Below, one piece after another: positions 8,885 through 18,755 of a stretch of 39,100 nucleotides of DNA. The stretch lies in NCBI GenBank assembly GCA_019429005.1, contig JAHYJR010000008.1, positions 1 to 39,100 on the forward strand. Direction: 5' to 3'. The stretch is from Nanobdellati archaeon (lineage in GTDB: Archaea > EX4484-52 > GLR71). Positions within the stretch are counted from its first letter, which is position 1; each line of letters opens with the position of its first letter. The notes below the pieces were generated by a model. It had not been told where the DNA came from. It saw only the letters and a program-made list of their open reading frames with translations, and made no database searches. The translations under genes were made by a program, and so were the position numbers.

Positions 8885-11800
8885 TTAAGTCTCAACAGAA
8901 TCTCTCAAAACCCCAAAATATACACACCTCTGATATTCATTATTATCCGGCAAATTACAATCACCTACAAAACAATCAACGAAATTCAGGAAAGATGACA
9001 AAAGCGATGTTCTAACTTCCGTAAAGGAATCATATTTACAAACTTCAGGAGCTTCAAAACCCCCAATATCAACTGGTGCACCAATAGGAATAGCTCCAAT
9101 TATAGATTCATTTATTATAGCACCAGGTCCATCGTTCACCTGAATATAAAATCCAATTGATTTATCTGTTGGATGCCCAAAATTATCAAAATAACCATCC
9201 TCCCTAAGCATAGTCACGCTGATATAAACAATAATAGGATGATCTATCCAATAATACCTAAATGCCCGCATCTCACAATCCTCAACCTGCCAACACGTGC
9301 AGGATTCTCTGATACTAGCAGTCTGATCACAATTTGTATGAATTGAAACTTTTTGATCGCACGCTAATATATTAGTCCAAAAAGGTTGTGGTTTAACACA
9401 AAAATTTGTATTGCCACAACAATCAGAAGGACCTGTATTTGTATAATTACAACAATTACCAATACCATTACAATTATCTTTATTTAAATCGGCAGTATAA
9501 CCAGGATATGAACCATAAATAGTACAATCAGAATCACAAGTATTTGGAAGATCTGCATTAGGTTTCCAACAAACAATATTATTTAAATTATTATCCCACG
9601 TATAATCATTTTCACAACAACCATTATCATTATAACAAGTACTATAACGATTAGGGTTTGCTTTTATTGTATTAGGCTCATTAATATCTTCAGGATATTC
9701 ACAACAACTATTATCCTTCCAACACATTTGAAGAGATTCATTAGTATCTGCTCGTGGTGTAAATGCACGATAATTAGGTGTTACAAAAAATGTTGAATCA
9801 TCATAACAACCCGGAGAATCCACAGTATTCACAATCGAAGCATCACAACATACAGAATTACTACAATTCAAGACATTTAACGGTCGTTTATAATCTAAAA
9901 ATAATTCACTTTTGATATAACTCGCTTTCCACTCTTCCGCTTTTATCAAGCTCTGTGCTTCTGTATCATCTATACTTATACCCAATTCTGCAAAATTAGT
10001 TGGAACAATTTCCATAACAACTTTATAATCGGTCGTACTCAAACTTTCAGCATAGATATCAAGAGCAATTTGTAACCCTTCAAGATTTGCATAATGAGGT
10101 ACATGCTGATTAACACCTGCTTTAGTAAAATCTTTAGAAAAATCCGTAATAATATTTGAAAAATCAGTACAATCTAAATTATTTTTAATATAATTATCTA
10201 CATTACCATATATAAGTTTTAACCAAATAAGGCTATTACTATATTCTTCAACAAGTTGTGCCTCAATAACATCACATACAGACTGCTTTTCCGGAAAACC
10301 GAGATACCTATCAGAAGTCTCAAGAAGTGATAAACTTGGACAATGCTGTCGATACTTAAGGTGTGTAGATGTTATATGAGTATTATATGTTAAACCCGCG
10401 TCATCACAAGTAAGAATATTGTCATCAGTCATATCCCACTGATCTTGCCACTGATCTCTCCAAAGTTCCATTTCTTTGCGTAATACTATTGAAATCTGCT
10501 CACCTGAAGAAGAATCTAATTCATCTTCAACGAGTTCTTTTGCAAAATTATAAAGCTCTGGAAGATTTGTATCCATCGTAATATTATAAAGAAAATTATT
10601 TGTTATTGCCGTATCAGATAACTCTTTAGAGATACCATTATATGACGCACATGTCGCAATAAGTTTCCCACCACCAACATCAACTAAACTCTGTAAAGTT
10701 ACAGTCTCTGCATAATTTTCAGTATATTCTAATCTAATATCTTCAATAATTGGTATATAATTGACATCATAAGAAACCATATCAATCTTATACTTTAAAT
10801 TCGTCAAAACACCTGGATCTGTTCCAGTATCTATAATAGAATCATTTGTAACCTCATGCCATGTTGCACCATCATTAACAGATACATTTACCTTAATATC
10901 GCTAACCTTCGGATATAATTGTATTGCATCCCACGAACCATATAATGTTGATGATGCTGAAATATCACCAATAAATAAAAAGAACTTACCATACCGCACA
11001 TCAACCTCACCAAGGTCAACCCACTCAGAACCCAATCCTGCAGAAACAGATACCTTTCTATCTGGAACGGGATTAGAATATGAATACGTATATGTTAAAG
11101 CATCTGAATCTTTATGTAAAAGTGCTAAAACCTTATATTTGCCATTCAAAACATCAAGACTTATATTTACAATTGGAAGTATTTCGTCTGTACAACCAGC
11201 AATTGAAATATTATTAAAAGGTGAAGGGCTGTATGTTGAACTTGAAATATTAGTCCAATTATCATCTGTACAATTAAGAACATTCGGAAATGTAGTACCT
11301 TCTAAAAAATTATATTCAAACTCATATTCATTAGGCTGTAAATTATAATGTGTCTCGCCATCCCATTTAACTTTAACAAATATAATTGGATTTGTTGCAA
11401 TAATATTTTCAGATTCATAAGTACCATGGAAACTATTTATTATATCAACCTCATTAACCGTACTTGTAAAATATTTGTCTGTAAGATTGCTTTTCTCAAC
11501 CCAGCCAAATGATAATTTTACAAAATCTGTATCAGGATAAGAAATACCACCTTTTGCTAACCAAGTCAAACCATCAGAACTCTCAAAAACATTGTAACGT
11601 CCTCTTAAAACTTCAAACTTTAGGTATTTGTCACTTGGACAAACCACATTTGTCTGATATACAAAATTTGAACTATCTCCAGTACCCCAACTATAACCAT
11701 ATTTTTCACTAACACTATCTTTCAATAAAGTCTCAGAACTATCAGTTACGGCTGCCCAAAAATACACAGGATTAGTGTCTGCAAGATTATTTCCAGAATC

Positions 11801-12616
11801 ACAATTTAATTTTAATTTATAATTGACAACATCACCAATTGGAACCGCTCTTGGAACTTTCTCAATTATTTGATATGAATTATTAAGCAAATCATCAGAA
11901 CCTACCCAACTTATACCCGAACCCATAGAAATCTTATTATTTTCATCCAAAACGATATCCCATTTTGAACTATCAAGACTACCTAAATCAAATATATCAT
12001 ACGACGGCACCAAAACAGGATTAAGCTCCAATTGTGTACCTGTACTTAAAATATTATCAAAAATAGCACCAGTTGTTGACCAATCAGCATCATCATTTGA
12101 TATATCTGTCTTTGGAATATAAAATTGCTTACTTGGTTGTTCATCAGATCCAAAAAGAATATACGGAATTGCAATTTGTTTTTGAAGAATCATTGTAAAT
12201 GCTTTATCTATATTTTTAAGCATATCTGGACCAATATCTGTACCTACAACAGTTTCAGGAAATACAGCACCATCTTCATAAAACCAAAATGGAGCAAAAC
12301 CGTCATAAGTATCTATATCCCCAGAACCCTCTTTTTCTTCCATTGTATCAACATAATACCCTCCAGCTTTAGTCACTTGATCAAGTGCCATCTTAAGAGA
12401 ATACTCACAAATATTTTTTACCTTAAAAGCCCGAACTTCCTGTGTTTTTATATCAGACTGTATGATTTTTTGAGAATTATAATCTGCAATTTCCTCAGAA
12501 CCTATAAAAATCATCCAATTAAAAGTACTCATAATAACATAAAAAATCATTACAATAGCAAGTACAGTCATGATTTCACTCATACCTTTTTTATTTAATC
12601 CACCTTTTTTTTTCAT
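8885..12616 (-). CDS. Giant pilin-like adhesin (~1,243 aa) with Cys-rich C-terminal region
   Basis: NKKG/MSEIM plus hydrophobic helix; acidic, beta-rich middle; many Cys and CC pairs in the last ~330 aa. Confidence 0.8.
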   Translation of the reverse strand: MKKKGGLNKKGMSEIMTVLAIVMIFYVIMSTFNWMIFIGSEEIADYNSQKIIQSDIKTQEVRAFKVKNICEYSLKMALDQVTKAGGYYVDTMEEKEGSGDIDTYDGFAPFWFYEDGAVFPETVVGTDIGPDMLKNIDKAFTMILQKQIAIPYILFGSDEQPSKQFYIPKTDISNDDADWSTTGAIFDNILSTGTQLELNPVLVPSYDIFDLGSLDSSKWDIVLDENNKISMGSGISWVGSDDLLNNSYQIIEKVPRAVPIGDVVNYKLKLNCDSGNNLADTNPVYFWAAVTDSSETLLKDSVSEKYGYSWGTGDSSNFVYQTNVVCPSDKYLKFEVLRGRYNVFESSDGLTWLAKGGISYPDTDFVKLSFGWVEKSNLTDKYFTSTVNEVDIINSFHGTYESENIIATNPIIFVKVKWDGETHYNLQPNEYEFEYNFLEGTTFPNVLNCTDDNWTNISSSTYSPSPFNNISIAGCTDEILPIVNISLDVLNGKYKVLALLHKDSDALTYTYSYSNPVPDRKVSVSAGLGSEWVDLGEVDVRYGKFFLFIGDISASSTLYGSWDAIQLYPKVSDIKVNVSVNDGATWHEVTNDSIIDTGTDPGVLTNLKYKIDMVSYDVNYIPIIEDIRLEYTENYAETVTLQSLVDVGGGKLIATCASYNGISKELSDTAITNNFLYNITMDTNLPELYNFAKELVEDELDSSSGEQISIVLRKEMELWRDQWQDQWDMTDDNILTCDDAGLTYNTHITSTHLKYRQHCPSLSLLETSDRYLGFPEKQSVCDVIEAQLVEEYSNSLIWLKLIYGNVDNYIKNNLDCTDFSNIITDFSKDFTKAGVNQHVPHYANLEGLQIALDIYAESLSTTDYKVVMEIVPTNFAELGISIDDTEAQSLIKAEEWKASYIKSELFLDYKRPLNVLNCSNSVCCDASIVNTVDSPGCYDDSTFFVTPNYRAFTPRADTNESLQMCWKDNSCCEYPEDINEPNTIKANPNRYSTCYNDNGCCENDYTWDNNLNNIVCWKPNADLPNTCDSDCTIYGSYPGYTADLNKDNCNGIGNCCNYTNTGPSDCCGNTNFCVKPQPFWTNILACDQKVSIHTNCDQTASIRESCTCWQVEDCEMRAFRYYWIDHPIIVYISVTMLREDGYFDNFGHPTDKSIGFYIQVNDGPGAIINESIIGAIPIGAPVDIGGFEAPEVCKYDSFTEVRTSLLSSFLNFVDCFVGDCNLPDNNEYQRCVYFGVLRDSVET

Positions 12617-12638
12617 AAAAATCATATCAATAATTTAT

Positions 12639-13337
12639 TTAAACAGTACAAATATTATAATTTATAAGTATATCTTCAAATGTGTCGCTATATGCAACAA
12701 CATGAGTATCATACTTATATGCAATACCACAAAGATCTTTAAATTCGTCAGTACAAGTACCATTTATATCCAGTTTATTTTCAATACAAACTTCCATATT
12801 TAATACAGGTATTTCAATCCAACGCGGAGAATCTTCTATAATTTGTGATGCCTGTAATGCAATCCGTATACATCTTTCAAGATCAATAAAATGGGATGGC
12901 ACATTTTCACTTTTATATGCTACAAAATTAGGAGTAACCTTATTATAACCCTCATCTACATCATAACCATAAATAGGTAATTTAACACTATACTGTGTTT
13001 TGACAATACCTATCCATTTACTTAATGGAAACTTATATGGATCTCTAGTATAAACAAGTTCACGATCCTCACAAGAATCTTCATCCTGTTCAATTATACA
13101 TTTTATATATTTAACTTCAACAATTGGACACATATTAAAATTAAGCAAAGTATAAAGCTCAGTCTGTGTCGATGTGATCATATCAGATATGTCCATAATT
13201 CGCTCATATTTCTGCTTATTATATTCAATTATAATTGTACTCATAACAACAACAACCATAACGGCAAGAATTATAACTGCAGGACCTAATATATTTTCAA
13301 GCCCTTTTTTTCGATATAATTTACGCACATAAATCAC
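12639..13337 (-). CDS. Minor pilin-like protein
   Basis: RKKG/LENIL plus hydrophobic helix; start may be the GTG at 13328. Confidence 0.8.
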   Translation of the reverse strand: MIYVRKLYRKKGLENILGPAVIILAVMVVVVMSTIIIEYNKQKYERIMDISDMITSTQTELYTLLNFNMCPIVEVKYIKCIIEQDEDSCEDRELVYTRDPYKFPLSKWIGIVKTQYSVKLPIYGYDVDEGYNKVTPNFVAYKSENVPSHFIDLERCIRIALQASQIIEDSPRWIEIPVLNMEVCIENKLDINGTCTDEFKDLCGIAYKYDTHVVAYSDTFEDILINYNICTV

Positions 13338-13343
13338 CTATCA

Positions 13344-13901
13344 TTAATTCCTAAAACCAAAATCCATTTTTGCAATATAAAAATCATCATCAACCCGTAC
13401 ATTAACAAGTTTAGTTATCTTTTCTTTTTCTGTAAACTCACTCATTATATGAATACCAGAACTTGTAGATAATTCACAAACAGGATTTGATCCAGTACAA
13501 GTCTTCATAACATACAAATTAGTATCAAAAGTTGGATATAATAAATACAAATCGATTGCCCAATCCAACCCTGGACCTATACACTTTTCAATATTAACTT
13601 TAAATTTGCCAGAGGTATCTATTTTTGAATAATTAAATATAAATTTATCACGATTTCCACCATCATCAAGAGATATTAAATCTTTACAACTAAGCATCTG
13701 ATAAAGAGCAATTTGACCAATTGATTTATTGTCAGAATCATCAACACTTTTTGTAAACACATAATTTGTAGATTTCATATGCATTATAAAAAAAACAATA
13801 ACAACCATAAACATTATACCCATTATGGCATCAGTACTGATTGAAAACTGACCTTTTGATGTTTGCCGTCGTGGCATTAATTTCAATTTTTTAAAAAACA
13901 T
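13344..13901 (-). CDS. Minor pilin-like protein
   Basis: TSKG/QFSIS plus hydrophobic helix. Confidence 0.8.
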   Translation of the reverse strand: MFFKKLKLMPRRQTSKGQFSISTDAIMGIMFMVVIVFFIMHMKSTNYVFTKSVDDSDNKSIGQIALYQMLSCKDLISLDDGGNRDKFIFNYSKIDTSGKFKVNIEKCIGPGLDWAIDLYLLYPTFDTNLYVMKTCTGSNPVCELSTSSGIHIMSEFTEKEKITKLVNVRVDDDFYIAKMDFGFRN

Positions 13902-13915
13902 TATATCACAAATAA

Positions 13916-14791
13916 CTATTCAGATTTTATACTAAAACTATTTTCAAAATCAAATGTATGGATACTACCATCAAATTTAGAATCGGCTGAAACATAGATT
14001 TTATAAAAAGTATTATCTTGAAAATCATAAACATATTTCAAAACATTAATAGGTCCCTCAGCATAATGTAAAATTTCGGCATAACATCCATTTTTATTTG
14101 CTCCAGAAGTTGCCTGCCCCACAATATCATCAAAGTAAACTTCAGTATAAATCCCTGTTGCTAAATCAGTTATATTTAAAAAAACAGTATCATTTACAAA
14201 TTTCATATTTTTACCAAATATAACAGCAACACAACCAGGTATATTATTTGCAATACTTGAATTAATATTTTCTGTTGGCGTTAATGATAAAGGTGGCGTG
14301 TCAATCTTTGAAACTTTATATGCTGCATTAGCATCATCTGTAACCCAAAAATGAGTCTCATTTTTGCTAAAACAAATTTCACGTTTACTTTTACTTCCTT
14401 CTTCCCAATTAAACATTCTAGGAGTATCCATAAAGATTGTATCTTCAAGAAGATGAACCTTTTTCTGAGCCCAAATATTATGGCCACCATACATAACTTC
14501 AACACGCACACTGTCATGTGTAATTATTATTTTTGCATCAGCTCTTGTATCAACACAAAGTACCCCCTTATCTACAGTTGAAAGCAACATCATAACGGCA
14601 TAAATATTCCCTGCAGACATCTCAACTGCAGCCTGAAGTGTGTCAGCACTTTCAGTCATAATTTCACCAATAACGGGAGTCATAAGTAATAAAGCAACAA
14701 CAATAAGACCAATTTTGATCATAGGATAATCCATAAATCCTTTTTTAGAAACATTAAAAGATTTTAAAAACATCCAAAAATTATAATTCAT
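13916..14791 (-). CDS. Minor pilin-like protein
   Basis: SKKG/FMDYP plus hydrophobic helix; ATGA overlap with the upstream gene. Confidence 0.78.
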   Translation of the reverse strand: MNYNFWMFLKSFNVSKKGFMDYPMIKIGLIVVALLLMTPVIGEIMTESADTLQAAVEMSAGNIYAVMMLLSTVDKGVLCVDTRADAKIIITHDSVRVEVMYGGHNIWAQKKVHLLEDTIFMDTPRMFNWEEGSKSKREICFSKNETHFWVTDDANAAYKVSKIDTPPLSLTPTENINSSIANNIPGCVAVIFGKNMKFVNDTVFLNITDLATGIYTEVYFDDIVGQATSGANKNGCYAEILHYAEGPINVLKYVYDFQDNTFYKIYVSADSKFDGSIHTFDFENSFSIKSE

Positions 14792-15996
14792 ACAATATCA
14801 TCCTTTGCTATATATACATTACCTGCAAGAGATATATTAATTTGTTCTATTTGATATGGCCAGATAACAGGAACAGGATACATATAAATCATAAAATCAT
14901 CAAAATCACCATCATCATTCAAATCCATATTAATGGCGGCCTCATACACATTATAAACAATCCTAAAATCATCTATTGACGGTAACATCCCAACACCAAC
15001 TACAAAAGAATAACTATTATAAGCATCATAATATAAAATCACAAAATCATCAATATCACCATCAACATTATAATCTAAACCAACACTACTTTCATTAATA
15101 AAATAAACAAAAATATGAAAATATCTGTTTGGAATTGGTCCAATTATTGGAAGAATTTCTCGAGAACTCATATTATATTTTGCATTAATAACGCCATCAA
15201 AAAAAGCATCACCATCAATATCATAACCTAAATAAGCTTCATTTGTTTGAAAATAAATAAGATTTTTATATAACTTAGGCACATTACCCTCAATACCCGT
15301 ATTTATAGTTCTTCGTAAAACAATATCATAATATTGTATAACATTATCATCAATATCGCCATCCTGATTCAAATCATAACCAGCCCACATTTCGGGTGTT
15401 GAAAAGACTATTTTTGAATCCACCATATGAGGATACATCCCAAATTCATAAGTATTATATACCACTTGAGATGTAATATTATAATACCTAATATAAGTTG
15501 GAACCTGTTCAAGTGATGTAATTTCAAAATCAAACATACGTGTATTGGCAGACAAATCAGTATAAAAAGATTGAAATGCTACAACATCACTAAAAAGAGA
15601 TGGATTGAAACCAGATAAATCTAGAACCGTTTCCGTATTATCTGTTAAATTATAATAAGCCAAAATCAAATCAATCTTATCAAGATCATTATTATAATCT
15701 TTAATTTTAACTTCTTCAGAAACATAATATGCTATAAGATTACTATAAATTGATGGATACATACCCTCAATACCAAGATTAACACGCAAACTTTTTGAAA
15801 AATCAATATCATCAATAGTCTCTATCTTTTTAAAATCACCAATATCTCTACCAATATTAGGTTCAGTATTATCAAAAGAATCTGACAAAAATTGCAACTT
15901 GCCCGTATCAACACCAAATAAAATAACTAATTCAATAATAAATAGAGCAATAAGAACAAACCTACTCTTTTTTGAAAAAATATTGATATGCATCAA
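14788..15996 (-). CDS. Membrane-anchored repeat protein, probable beta-propeller with DxNxDGD Ca-binding-like loops
   Basis: N-terminal anchor; ~50-aa repeats G..P.I....I.F...E.....D.N.DGD.DD.VI.YY. Confidence 0.75.
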   Translation of the reverse strand: MMHINIFSKKSRFVLIALFIIELVILFGVDTGKLQFLSDSFDNTEPNIGRDIGDFKKIETIDDIDFSKSLRVNLGIEGMYPSIYSNLIAYYVSEEVKIKDYNNDLDKIDLILAYYNLTDNTETVLDLSGFNPSLFSDVVAFQSFYTDLSANTRMFDFEITSLEQVPTYIRYYNITSQVVYNTYEFGMYPHMVDSKIVFSTPEMWAGYDLNQDGDIDDNVIQYYDIVLRRTINTGIEGNVPKLYKNLIYFQTNEAYLGYDIDGDAFFDGVINAKYNMSSREILPIIGPIPNRYFHIFVYFINESSVGLDYNVDGDIDDFVILYYDAYNSYSFVVGVGMLPSIDDFRIVYNVYEAAINMDLNDDGDFDDFMIYMYPVPVIWPYQIEQINISLAGNVYIAKDDIV

Positions 15997-16074
15997 AATT
16001 ATTTAGGTCTAATCCTATAAATACATTAGATATAACTTCATTAAATATAAAAGCAACTCAATCCAAATAAATGT

Positions 16075-16422
16075 ATGACTGTAAATTCACAACCCATAAA
16101 TCTAATAAATATCACTCAAATCACACAACATCTCAAAATAAATCTTATGTTTAAACTAGACCTATTTAAAATAACTTCAAATATAATCTGGACAAAATGG
16201 CTCACATTCACATCAAGTAAACTTGTCATTAAAAACCGTAAAGGTGAAATGACAATAAATAAGATTATTGCAATACTACTCGGCCTTGTTGTTGTAGCTC
16301 TTACTGCAAGCTTATTTATATCCCTGAAAACTAAAGCTACAGGAAGTATAAATTGTATTTGCACACCCGCCTACTCAGGAATAGTACCTCCTGGCTGTAA
16401 AAATACTATAGCCTGCCCATGA
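16075..16422 (+). CDS. Short pilin-like protein with long leader
   Basis: NRKG/EMTIN plus hydrophobic helix and 4 Cys; start uncertain (16075 or 16147). Confidence 0.75.
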   Translation: MTVNSQPINLINITQITQHLKINLMFKLDLFKITSNIIWTKWLTFTSSKLVIKNRKGEMTINKIIAILLGLVVVALTASLFISLKTKATGSINCICTPAYSGIVPPGCKNTIACP

Positions 16423-16445
16423 TAATAATTTAATGGTAGATAATT

Positions 16446-16703
16446 ATGATATTTAAAAAGAAAAGAAAAGGTATAGAACAGTCAATATGGCTCATAATGG
16501 TAGCCGTCATATCACTTATAATTGCATTAATCATCATAACCATGTTTAGTAGCAGTTTTGAAACAACCCAAAAACATTCTTCAGAATCTATAAATAACAG
16601 TGCAAACAGCCTTGAGTGCACAAGAATCTGCAGAACGTCATGTATAACAAATGGTGAACCTGATAATAGTGGCCCTGGATGTTCAGGATGTACCTGCTTA
16701 TAA
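16446..16703 (+). CDS. Cys-rich mini-pilin
   Basis: KRKG/IEQSIW, hydrophobic helix, CxxxCxxxC...CxxCxC. Confidence 0.85.
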   Translation: MIFKKKRKGIEQSIWLIMVAVISLIIALIIITMFSSSFETTQKHSSESINNSANSLECTRICRTSCITNGEPDNSGPGCSGCTCL

Positions 16704-16724
16704 CATATTTAATTAGGTAATCAT

Positions 16725-16994
16725 ATGACAAAAAAAGCATTATCTGCAGCAGTATGGTATGTAATGGCAATTATGCTTGCAATACTTATGGTCCTTGTAC
16801 TGGTTAATGTGTTTGGTAAAAGTATGGAAATGGCTGGCAATACAACAAAAGAAACCATAAACATGTCATTCACACCAATCCAATGTATAGCCGAATGTAA
16901 TATATGCTGTTCAGATCCAAACGAACAGGATTGTAGTAATCTACCCTCCGAGTGTTCCTGCGATGATACAGATACAAGAAATCCTGGATGTTAA
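16725..16994 (+). CDS. Cys-rich mini-pilin
   Basis: TKKA/LSAAVW, hydrophobic helix, CxxxCxxCC, 8 Cys. Confidence 0.85.
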   Translation: MTKKALSAAVWYVMAIMLAILMVLVLVNVFGKSMEMAGNTTKETINMSFTPIQCIAECNICCSDPNEQDCSNLPSECSCDDTDTRNPGC

Positions 16995-17004
16995 AGGTGT
17001 TATT

Positions 17005-17286
17005 TTGAAACGAAAAGGTATAGAACAATCAATATGGCTTATAATGGTCGCAATAATATCTTTGATTATGGTACTTATACTTATGACACTTTTTAGCAGT
17101 TCAATGGAAAAAACAGGTGTTGAAAGCCAAAAATCAATAAACTCAACAGGAATATCAATAAAATGCACAATCGCATGTAAACAATGCTGTGTTTCACGGA
17201 TAGAACCAGATTGTAAAGACTTTGTAAATAACAATTACTTAGGTTGCACTTGTGTTGATTCAGACACCTCCGAAGTCGGATGTTAA
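17005..17286 (+). CDS. Cys-rich mini-pilin
   Basis: KRKG/IEQSIW, CxxxCxxCC, 8 Cys; TTG start at 17005 after AAGGTG preferred to 16963. Confidence 0.85.
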   Translation: MKRKGIEQSIWLIMVAIISLIMVLILMTLFSSSMEKTGVESQKSINSTGISIKCTIACKQCCVSRIEPDCKDFVNNNYLGCTCVDSDTSEVGC

Positions 17287-17309
17287 CAAATTAAATCAAA
17301 GTGATAATT

Positions 17310-17618
17310 ATGAATTTAAGAAAAAATATAATTGAAAAAAAGCGTAAAGGAATAGAACAAGGTATTTGGCTGATGATGGTCATCGTATTGTGCCTTGTTA
17401 TCGCACTAACACTTATAACAATATTTAGAAGCGGAACAAAAGAAGCTGGAAACCAGACAAGCCAAGGTATAGACCAAAGTGCAGGAGGTGTATATGATGT
17501 TCTTGAAATTTGCGGCTGTGTAGGTGGTGTTTGTACGGCTAGTTGTAATTGTCAACTAAAGTCGTCTTGTCCATCATCACCACCATGTTCCAGTTCATCA
17601 GATTGCACAAGATCATAA
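17310..17618 (+). CDS. Cys/Ser-rich mini-pilin
   Basis: KRKG/IEQGIW, hydrophobic helix, 8 Cys in the tail. Confidence 0.85.
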   Translation: MNLRKNIIEKKRKGIEQGIWLMMVIVLCLVIALTLITIFRSGTKEAGNQTSQGIDQSAGGVYDVLEICGCVGGVCTASCNCQLKSSCPSSPPCSSSSDCTRS

Positions 17619-17628
17619 GTGATTAATT

Positions 17629-17961
17629 ATGAAACAAACAAAACCTCAAAAAAAAGCAATGAGCCAAACAATATGGCTTGTAGTAGTCGTAATTATCTCA
17701 CTTTTATTAGTTCTTGTGCTTGTTGAATTTTTCACAAATGGTAGCGAAAAGATGCGAGATACATCAAGCGATCTTAATGAACAGACAGGAAACGCCATGA
17801 TATGTTCAGTCAAATGCAGTACTTGTTGTACTTTAGAAAGTGCTACGTGTGCAGACAATACGGCTAAAGATAGTGTTCCTGGTATGAGCTATGACAAAAT
17901 GATAGTCAACGGAATTACTTGCCCACTAATGAAAGATTGTGCTTACACTTGTTGCTGTTAA
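17629..17961 (+). CDS. Cys-rich mini-pilin
   Basis: QKKA/MSQTIW, CxxxCxxCC, 10 Cys, ends in CCC. Confidence 0.85.
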   Translation: MKQTKPQKKAMSQTIWLVVVVIISLLLVLVLVEFFTNGSEKMRDTSSDLNEQTGNAMICSVKCSTCCTLESATCADNTAKDSVPGMSYDKMIVNGITCPLMKDCAYTCCC

Positions 17962-17978
17962 AAAAAACTATATTGTGA

Positions 17979-18755
17979 ATGGATATGAAAATAACACCAA
18001 ACATGATAATCAAACTGTTTCTTTTGCTTTTATGTGGCTACAGCCTTCTTGAATCCGAAAATATAGACCACAAAAAAGACACAACACCAAAAACAACAAA
18101 AAAACGTAAAGGTCAACAAGAAGTCGCAAGTGTGCCAGAAATGGCATTAAGAATCTTAATTCTAGTTTTTATCATAGCTATAATAATTAAATATTGGGTT
18201 GTTGGTATCAATATGATATTACAAGTCCTTTTCAAATTATGGCATTTTATTGATCAATTTAGATGGGGTATCTCGTTAGGATCAACAATAGTTTCATACA
18301 AACATGCAACATATGCAGCAATACTTTTTGCATCTGCGACCGCACTAACTGCCTCAGGTATAGGTATTGGGGCTGCCGCGATTTTAACCGATATGGCAAT
18401 AGACCAATTAATAGAAGCCGGATTATGGGGTGCAATTACACAATTAATAACCACATTCAATATATACTCAGACATTGAATTTGGATCTCCTACAAATAGA
18501 GATGAAGAATGTGTAATTAAATGCTTTAATTATTGTGCAAACACAATCAACTCAGCAATAATTAAATTAAATTACACAGATACGTCAGGAACGGATAAAG
18601 AATGTAAAGATAATTGTAATTGTGGTCTAAGAACATTAGAAAACCAAAATATGGGTGGATATGTAGGAACTTTTGCTGAAATACTCCAAGATAGTGGTAC
18701 AGCAGCAATAGATACAATCACAAAAATAACATCGGGTTTTACAAGTATATTCTAA
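17979..18755 (+). CDS. Pilin-like protein with extra hydrophobic segments
   Basis: N-terminal hydrophobic stretch, then KRKG/QQEVA plus helix, an Ala/Gly-rich segment, and CxxxCxxxC...CxxxCxC. Confidence 0.75.
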   Translation: MDMKITPNMIIKLFLLLLCGYSLLESENIDHKKDTTPKTTKKRKGQQEVASVPEMALRILILVFIIAIIIKYWVVGINMILQVLFKLWHFIDQFRWGISLGSTIVSYKHATYAAILFASATALTASGIGIGAAAILTDMAIDQLIEAGLWGAITQLITTFNIYSDIEFGSPTNRDEECVIKCFNYCANTINSAIIKLNYTDTSGTDKECKDNCNCGLRTLENQNMGGYVGTFAEILQDSGTAAIDTITKITSGFTSIF

